Origin: a virus
Taxonomy: Duplodnaviria > Caudoviricetes
DNA: 30,541 nucleotides
Reading direction: 5' to 3' (one strand)
Virus record (IMG/VR): IMGVR_UViG_3300031857_000937
Coordinates: 1 to 30,541 of that record
Positions 1 to 5,030 of this stretch are shown piece after piece. The notes under the pieces are model-generated. The model searched no databases. It was not told the DNA's origin and was given only the letters and a program-made list of their open reading frames with translations. A program made the position numbers and the translations under genes. Position 1 is the first letter of the stretch, and each line of letters begins with the position of its first letter.

Positions 1-1
1 T

Positions 2-406
2 TACTTCATTGAGGATGACAACATTCGATACGGGTCTGTCAGCGATGACGAGCCAGTGGACAAGGAGCTTGCAGAACTCATGTTGGCTCAAATTGGCGCG
101 TGGTACGGTGCGATGGACAGACGTATTGAGGCGCACATCCCAACAGTGCGTGACACCTTTACAAACCGCCGGAAGATACAGCAAGGCAAGCTGCCAACCT
201 ACGACTGGACAACGGTGTGGATTGAGCCATCTAAGCCCCGCCAAGACTCCAAAGGGGGCACACACGCATCACCCCGCCTGCATGAGCGCAGAGGCCACCT
301 GAGAAGGCTAAAAACAGGCAAGAACGTCTGGGTCAAGTCCTGCAAGGTGGGTGACGCAAGCAAGGGGGCGATATTTCACGACTATGCCATTAAGGAGAAG
401 CCATGA
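2..406 (+). CDS. Conserved phage hypothetical protein, 5'-truncated by the window (SPRLHERRGHLRR motif)
   Basis: Frame is open from position 2 to TGA at 404-406. C-terminal SPRxHxRRGHxR...VWV..xxVG motif is typical of a widespread uncharacterised phage family. Overlaps the next ORF (ATGA). Confidence 0.75.
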   Translation, partial: YFIEDDNIRYGSVSDDEPVDKELAELMLAQIGAWYGAMDRRIEAHIPTVRDTFTNRRKIQQGKLPTYDWTTVWIEPSKPRQDSKGGTHASPRLHERRGHLRRLKTGKNVWVKSCKVGDASKGAIFHDYAIKEKP

Positions 407-609
407 GCGAGACCACCATGAGCGAGTACGAGCGCGGTGTCATTGACGGAATGCAGAAACAAGCGAAGTCCAGTGTGGATAAGGCGGTCAATGCAATGGC
501 GCAGCCAGCAGTCCCCGATGCCCTGACGATTGCTGACAAAAACAGCGCCGATTACCACGAAGGCTGGAACGATTGCAGGGCACTGATGCTAGAAATGAGG
601 AAGCCATGA
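403..609 (+). CDS. Small phage hypothetical protein (68 aa)
   Basis: AAGGAG Shine-Dalgarno, ATGA coupling on both sides, YxxGWNDCRA motif common in small phage proteins. Confidence 0.7.
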   Translation: MSETTMSEYERGVIDGMQKQAKSSVDKAVNAMAQPAVPDALTIADKNSADYHEGWNDCRALMLEMRKP

Positions 610-794
610 AGCGAGAAATAAAAGCATGGGCCGTCAAGACTGGCGGCAGGAGCTTCATGCTCGGCACCGATGGCCTGCCGATGCTATGGAAGGTCAGGAT
701 GCCTGCATACGAAGCATCCATGGCCGTCAAGCACTTTAACAACATCAAAGCCAAACCAATCCGCGTCAGAGTACGCATAGAGGAGATCGAATGA
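606..794 (+). CDS. Small phage hypothetical protein (62 aa, MKREIKAW...)
   Basis: ATG at 606 overlaps the upstream stop (ATGA); GAGG upstream; its stop overlaps the next ATG. Confidence 0.65.
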   Translation: MKREIKAWAVKTGGRSFMLGTDGLPMLWKVRMPAYEASMAVKHFNNIKAKPIRVRVRIEEIE

Positions 795-982
795 TCGACG
801 TATACCCAACCCGCATTGAGGCCGTAGACGAGGACGGCAACATCCTGTTCGCGCTTCAAATGGAAGATGCCCACTGCTGCACCATTGAGGTGAAGAACCC
901 GCTGGTCCTGAGCAAGGACAACTTAGAGCAAGTGCTGACCGCCGTTCGCCGGGGTGTTCAGATGCTTGGACTGGAGGACTGA
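791..982 (+). CDS. Small phage hypothetical protein (63 aa)
   Basis: GAGGAG Shine-Dalgarno, ATGA coupling. Confidence 0.7.
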   Translation: MIDVYPTRIEAVDEDGNILFALQMEDAHCCTIEVKNPLVLSKDNLEQVLTAVRRGVQMLGLED

Positions 983-1146
983 TGCGCAAGCACCCGCCCT
1001 TCACGGCTTATGAGTGGTGGCTCCAAGAGCGCGACAACCAGCTCGCACTGGCCAAGATTGTGTTTAGGTCGGTCGGTGACTGCCCGACTGTGTGGATGGC
1101 TCTATTCGCTTGGGCCACCCCAGACATCTGGCACGATCCAGAGTAA
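982..1146 (+). CDS. Small Trp-rich hypothetical protein (54 aa, MRKHPPFTAYEWWLQERDN...WHDPE), not in the ORF track
   Basis: GGAGG Shine-Dalgarno, TGATG overlap with the previous stop, TAA at 1144-1146 just before a terminator. Confidence 0.6.
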   Translation: MRKHPPFTAYEWWLQERDNQLALAKIVFRSVGDCPTVWMALFAWATPDIWHDPE

Positions 1147-1150
1147 CCGA

Positions 1151-1174
1151 AGCCCGCCCAGTGCGGGTTTTTTT
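1151..1174 (+). terminator. Rho-independent terminator
   Basis: AGCCCGC-CCAGT-GCGGGTT stem-loop followed by a T-run, at the junction of convergent genes. Confidence 0.75.
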
Positions 1175-1787
1175 ACGCCCGCCAGTCAGTGTCATCCCAG
1201 TTGCCCTTGCCGTGGTTGCAGTCATGGCAAAGAATCTGGAGGTTGTTCACGTCAAGCGCCAGAGATGGCCACTTCTTGCGTGGCTTGATATGGTCTACGT
1301 TCATCACCGCCCCGCCAGCGGGAGTGGCTCCGCAGCACTGACACCTCGGGCCATACTTCTTCAGCGCCTCCATGCGTACCCTGCGCCACTGAAACGTGGA
1401 CAGGAAGGCGTCTGACGCAACATCTACGCCGGCCACCAAAACAGGCTTTTGAGTGATTGGCTTTTTTGGGGAGGGTTTGTGCGCGGTCTTTGCGTAGCCT
1501 GATGCAGCAAGGCGTTTGCTCTTACGTTGCTTCTTTGACAACTTGGCCGTTTTCGCGGCAGGACGCGGATACCTCTCGTGGTACTTGAAGCAGATGTAGG
1601 AGAAGTTGTCCCGAACCCATTGCTCAGGCTCCACGCTCATGGGGCAGGGCATACCGTCAGCCTCTAGCGCTAGGCAGGCTTGCTCCACTTCACTCAGCCC
1701 CACTCGATTCACAGATCGAAGCCGGGAGGTTATGAACCAAGGCAGCGCACTACTCTTCACTCTCTTCGCTTCACTTCTGTCTAACAT
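1173..1787 (-). CDS. HNH endonuclease with basic N-terminal region (204 aa)
   Basis: C-terminal WRRVR..ALKKYG.RCQCCG...VDHIKPR...LALDVNNLQILCHDCNHGKG is a canonical HNH/zinc motif. Start placed at ATG 1787 with GGGGG upstream. Confidence 0.85.
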   Translation of the reverse strand: MLDRSEAKRVKSSALPWFITSRLRSVNRVGLSEVEQACLALEADGMPCPMSVEPEQWVRDNFSYICFKYHERYPRPAAKTAKLSKKQRKSKRLAASGYAKTAHKPSPKKPITQKPVLVAGVDVASDAFLSTFQWRRVRMEALKKYGPRCQCCGATPAGGAVMNVDHIKPRKKWPSLALDVNNLQILCHDCNHGKGNWDDTDWRA

Positions 1788-1822
1788 CGCAGCCCCCACA
1801 CTGGTTATCACCCGGACCGAGT

Positions 1823-2091
1823 GACGGAGCAATCGGACACAGCCCACCCCTAGCCCGCAGACCGCGAGGTTGGCTGAAGATCAAAATGCTGGAATCACCC
1901 TTCGGTCGCTCCGTCGCTTTTTGGTTGCGGTCATCTCTCAATGTTCCGCCGCAACTGTCAGACATTTAGACCCATTGTGAGGTCCCTTCTTAGCGCACTG
2001 ACCAAGCTTGACCTGATTGTTGCCGTTGCCCCGGAGCACCCTAATCTCTCGACCCGGTTCCGTTCTGGCGGTTTACTCAACAATCAGCGCT
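1823..2091 (-). ncRNA. Putative large structured non-coding element upstream of the HNH gene
   Basis: No convincing ORF. Inverted repeats: GACGGAGC 1823-1830 / GCTCCGTC 1908-1915; GTTGCGG 1924-1930 / CCGCAAC 1949-1955; CTGATTGTTG 2013-2022 / CAACAATCAG 2078-2087. Strand is inferred from neighbouring transcription. Confidence 0.35.
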
Positions 2092-2198
2092 ATCCCCACC
2101 CGCGCTTGCCACGTCGATCTTTTTGTGGCTCTCGGTCTGAGACAAACAGTACAGGGCTCCCGATAAACCCTCAGACCAAGGTAAGGCAGAAAGCAAAA

Positions 2199-2301
2199 AA
2201 CCCTTATTGAAAGATACGAGCTTTAGGCTTGGTTGCCGCATACAGAGCTGCTGTGCCAGACATCTGTAGCTTTGACGAAGCCCGCTCCTTCAATAAGGGT
2301 T
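2199..2301 (-). ncRNA. C4-antisense-like cloverleaf RNA
   Basis: 16-bp closing stem (AACCCTTATTGAAGGA / TCTTTCAATAAGGGTT), inner stem GCGGGCTT/AAGCTCGT and three small hairpins. Loop sequences ACCAAG and CTACA are complementary to motifs both upstream and downstream on the same transcript. Confidence 0.55.
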
Positions 2302-2352
2302 CGGGGCGCGTTACACAGGACTACAACGGGTTACCAAGCCGCTGATGGACGC

Positions 2353-2382
2353 AGTATATCAACAAATGGGAACAGTGTGCAA
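2353..2382 (-). promoter_or_regulatory. Putative sigma70 promoter for the C4-like RNA / HNH transcript
   Basis: Minus strand TTGCAC-N18-TATACT. Confidence 0.55.
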
Positions 2383-2449
2383 GAGGCTGATGGCGACCGG
2401 GCTCCCCCAATCCTGCGGTGTGTTGCCTTATCGGCGGTGTGTCGCTTAA

Positions 2450-2598
2450 CCATCACGGCTGGGGACTAAGGCGGGATTTGAACCCTTACCGGACTCCTCT
2501 TGGCTGACCATAGCGCCTGTCCGTTTGCCTTGCGACTTTCAGCGAGTCTCCAGAAGTGCGGCTACACCCCCTCGCCTCTTAGTCCCCATGCGTGATGG
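2450..2598 (-). ncRNA. tRNA-like structured RNA enclosed in a long processing-type stem
   Basis: Minus strand: CCATCACG-CAT-GGGGACTAAG ... GGG-TTCAAAT-CCC-GC-CTTAGTCCCC-AGC-CGTGATGG. It has a T-loop hairpin, an acceptor-like 10-bp stem, a D-arm-like hairpin and an oversized central arm. No canonical anticodon arm. Confidence 0.5.
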
Positions 2599-2602
2599 CC
2601 CA

Positions 2603-2633
2603 GAAAAGAACCCCCACGTCTAAGGTGGGGGTT
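2603..2633 (-). terminator. Rho-independent terminator after the resolvase-like gene
   Basis: AACCCCCAC (2609-2617) / GTGGGGGTT (2625-2633) perfect 9-bp stem followed on the minus strand by CTTTTCT. Confidence 0.65.
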
Positions 2634-2672
2634 AAATCACTCTGGAGAACATCATGAAAACGCAACCTCAGT

Positions 2673-2957
2673 TTAGCCGCATGTTTTGAGCAGCGCAAGC
2701 GCCTCTTCAGCGCTGTTCACGATGTACAGGTCTGCTCCCGGCCACTCGTCATGGAACTTCTGCTCCGCCTCAGTGAGCCGGCGTGCCGATGGAGGCTTGG
2801 CGCCATCCTTCACCTCGATCAGTAGCGTCTCCCCACGGTAGCTCACCAGCAGGTCGAACAGGCCCTCGTCGTTGATCACCTTCACGTAAGCGCCAGCCTC
2901 GCGCATGGCCTTAATGATGTCCTGTTCATTTGCGTCTCGGCGGGCAGCTCGTCGCAT
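2673..2957 (-). CDS. VRR-NUC / PD-(D/E)XK small nuclease, putative Holliday junction resolvase (94 aa)
   Basis: MRRAARRDANEQDIIKAMREAG...DLLV...LIEVKDG.K......LT..EQKF...W pattern of phage VRR-NUC-like resolvases. True start is likely ATG 2957. Confidence 0.8.
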   Translation of the reverse strand: MRRAARRDANEQDIIKAMREAGAYVKVINDEGLFDLLVSYRGETLLIEVKDGAKPPSARRLTEAEQKFHDEWPGADLYIVNSAEEALALLKTCG

Positions 2958-3004
2958 AGGGTTTGTCCTGATGAAAATATTTTCAAAACATATTGTATCT
3001 GGTG

Positions 3005-3032
3005 TTGACGAACCTAATACATCAGGTACAAT
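3005..3032 (+). promoter_or_regulatory. Sigma70-type promoter driving the repeat array and downstream genes
   Basis: TTGACG (3005-3010)-N16-TACAAT (3027-3032), about 30 nt before the first array unit. Confidence 0.7.
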
Positions 3033-3055
3033 CAAGTCCAACCTACCTGATGTAT
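3017..3055. promoter_or_regulatory. Perfect 12-bp inverted repeat (operator candidate)
   Basis: ATACATCAGGTA 3017-3028 / TACCTGATGTAT 3044-3055 with a 15-nt spacer, overlapping the -10 box and the predicted start site. Confidence 0.55.
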
Positions 3056-3061
3056 CTGCGG

Positions 3062-3720
3062 GGCCGGATTAGGCTAGGTCGGGCTTGGTAGTCAACGGCA
3101 TGGGCTGTTTACAGCGTCATGGCTTTTCAATGAAAGGTCATTTCGGTGGCAACACCAATCGGACGGCACGGTCGGGAAAGGCTCGGCACGGCGAGGAGAG
3201 GCGGGGACTGGTATGGGCTGTTAACAGCGGGAAGCATTTTTTACAGAGTGCTTTTCGGTGGCAACACCAAAGTGGCGTGGTTGTGGCTCGGAGCAGTGCG
3301 GTCAGGCTCGGTCGGCAAAGGCACGGCGAGGGCTGTTAACAGCGGGATCACTTTTCCATGAGAGGTGATTTCGGTGGCAACACCAAAATGGAAGGGCTGG
3401 CAGCGGCACGGCTAGGAGGGGTGTGGAAGGCTGGGGCATGGGCTGTTAACAGTGGTTAGTCACTTGCAAAGGTGGCTACCCGGTGGCAACACCATTTGGA
3501 CTGGCCTGCCACGGTGCGGCGGGGCGGGGTCGGGCATGGAAATTCTGGGTAAAACAAGGGCTGTTAACAGCGTTATGAGTCTTCATTGAGGGTTCATCTC
3601 GGTGGCAACACCAAGTGGCTTGGACACGCCGGGAATGGCTAGGAGGGGCGTGGATTGGCAGGGGCTAATGTAGCGTCATGACACTTCAATGAGGTGTCAT
3701 TTCGATGCAAAGCGTGCATC
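3062..3720 (+). ncRNA. Tandem array of six putative guide RNAs: GGH-NN pentamer tract + three hairpins (VIPR-like)
   Basis: Units at 3062-3156, 3165-3268, 3274-3384, 3390-3493, 3498-3612, 3617-3720. Each has 8-12 pentamers (50 of 60 start with GG; third base never G), then GGGCTGTTAACAGC, a variable covarying stem-loop and GGTG-GCAA-CACC. The last unit has divergent versions that still pair. Confidence 0.85.
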
Positions 3721-3740
3721 AATTAACCAAAGGAAACATC

Positions 3741-4310
3741 ATGAAAACAATCGCAGTTCAATTAACAGGCAAGGCTCCTTTTCTCATGCACTCGGACCGC
3801 TTTGCTAACCCGCTTGACCCACTTGCAAAGGCCCACAAAGAGCTGACCAGCAAGCGCAAGAAAACAGACGACGACCACACTGCCATCGCGCGCAGTGAGT
3901 TCATCGGCGGCTGCTACTGGCGCAAGGACGTTGGCTTCTTCTTGCCAGCACAGAACCTCGATGCGTGCCTGATCGCCGCAGCCAAGTTGCAAAAGCTCGG
4001 AGTTAAGTTCAAGCAGGGCGTGCAGGTATTGGAAGATGAGCTTACGTTTACGGGGTACGACAAGAAAACTCCCGAGCAACTATGGGAAGACCCAGAGCAC
4101 ATTGACTGCCGTGGTGTCAAGGTTGGCATGGCAAAGATCATGCGCTACCGCCCCATCCTTCGCAAGTGGTCTCTGAATGCAACCATCGTTGTCAACGAAG
4201 AAGTGGTCAACCTCAACGAAGTAAAGAAGGCTGTGCAAGATGCTGGAGCCCTGATTGGTTTGGGCGACTACCGCCCACGCTTTGGCCGTTTCAATGTGGA
4301 GTTCATTTGA
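3741..4310 (+). CDS. RAMP/Cas7-like RNA-binding protein (189 aa), putative effector of the upstream array (Vipr-like)
   Basis: AAGGAA Shine-Dalgarno then ATG 3741. N-terminal strand I.V.LTG.APFLMH, central LPAQNL.ACL..AAK helix and C-terminal glycine-rich loop GALIGLGDYRPRFGRFNV follow the RAMP (RRM-fold) pattern. Lies immediately downstream of the array. Confidence 0.75.
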   Translation: MKTIAVQLTGKAPFLMHSDRFANPLDPLAKAHKELTSKRKKTDDDHTAIARSEFIGGCYWRKDVGFFLPAQNLDACLIAAAKLQKLGVKFKQGVQVLEDELTFTGYDKKTPEQLWEDPEHIDCRGVKVGMAKIMRYRPILRKWSLNATIVVNEEVVNLNEVKKAVQDAGALIGLGDYRPRFGRFNVEFI

Positions 4311-4789
4311 TGCAAGAAATGACACTGTTCCCGGCTTGGAAACAGGCCGTCAAGATTCTGATTGATGAGGGCCTAACCTATGGCAGCACCATCAGCAGAA
4401 AGCGCATCTCTGAGCTTTGCAATGTGCGGCCACCAGAGAGCATTGAGGATGTGCGCCGACATGACCTCGAGCTCCTGCAATGCACATCAGAGATCAAAGA
4501 CATCCTGTTGACTGCCCACTGCATGCTCTTGGCGTCTGACAACAAGGGCTCTTACGTAGTCATTGAGCCAGAGTCGCAGACCCAGTACGCAGTGAACACC
4601 GGCATCAAAGCAATCGGTCGTGAGATGAAGAAGATGGCCATGTCCGTCAGCTTTACAAAGGCAGAAATGCTAACCGATGCCGGCAGGGCAAAGAACGCAG
4701 ATGCTCAGGCAAAGATTTCAATGCTCGCGGGAATGATGAACGTGAAAAACAAAGATCTTCAAAACGCACTAGGAGGAAAAAATGACTGA
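4310..4789 (+). CDS. Accessory protein coupled to the RAMP-like gene (159 aa, MQEMTLFPAWK...), possible winged-helix plus helical tail
   Basis: TGATG stop/start overlap at 4308-4312. A helix-helix-helix then beta-hairpin pattern (MLLASDNKGSYVVI) suggests a wHTH fold; the fold is inference. Confidence 0.7.
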   Translation: MQEMTLFPAWKQAVKILIDEGLTYGSTISRKRISELCNVRPPESIEDVRRHDLELLQCTSEIKDILLTAHCMLLASDNKGSYVVIEPESQTQYAVNTGIKAIGREMKKMAMSVSFTKAEMLTDAGRAKNADAQAKISMLAGMMNVKNKDLQNALGGKND

Positions 4790-5030
4790 AAACGAACGGA
4801 GCAAATCAATCGACATCCTTTTTGATGCAGTGCGGATTTCCAACAAGTTTGGCCCACTGATCGTGAAGGAGGCGGACAACACGGGTGGCACAGCAGCCAC
4901 AGCGGCAGCCATCTTGCTGTCCTCATTTACAAGCGCCATGGGCATGTCCTTGCATGATGCTGTGGGCCTGTTCATGTCGGTTCACAAACAGACCATGGCA
5001 ATGGAGCGCGAAGATGAAGCTGACAAATAA
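4782..5030 (+). CDS. Hypothetical protein (82 aa)
   Basis: AGGAGG Shine-Dalgarno; overlaps both neighbours. Confidence 0.7.
   Translation: MTENERSKSIDILFDAVRISNKFGPLIVKEADNTGGTAATAAAILLSSFTSAMGMSLHDAVGLFMSVHKQTMAMEREDEADK

Noticed and set aside
2197-2212. Apparent contiguous match of unit-6 NN string (TTCA-CG-ATTAGGGTTT) to the C4-like stem (TTCAATAAGGGTTT, minus strand)
   Set aside because: It needs one dinucleotide dropped plus a mismatch; with those freedoms such a hit is plausible by chance.
2520-2545. Hammerhead-like core (CTGAAAGTCGCAAGGCAAAC, minus strand)
   Set aside because: Lacks the required CUGANGA and GAAA catalytic nucleotides.
3085-3361. ORFs 3085-3339 and 3146-3361
   Set aside because: Gly/Arg-rich by-products of the GG periodicity, with non-ATG starts and no RBS; 5-nt periodicity is inconsistent with codon-level selection.
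3104-3612. Canonical CRISPR array (or TIGR-like dual-repeat array)
   Set aside because: The conserved elements are two alternating 12-15-nt hairpins, not one 23-47-nt repeat. The intervening sequences are self-pairing stems or GG-periodic tracts, not random spacers. No cas1/cas2, no box C/D motifs and no Nop-domain protein are visible.
3062-3666. Simple microsatellite or G-quadruplex as the full explanation of the GG tracts
   Set aside because: Pentamers are non-identical at positions 3-5, phase is kept through non-GG units, and each tract is tied to the same hairpin module. G4 formation is possible but does not explain the architecture.
3705-3740. Longer start for the RAMP-like ORF (3705), and likewise 4166, 4885, 3041 and 27018 for neighbouring ORFs
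   Set aside because: These extensions run through RNA hairpins or other genes; downstream ATGs have RBSs, coupling or family-typical N-termini.
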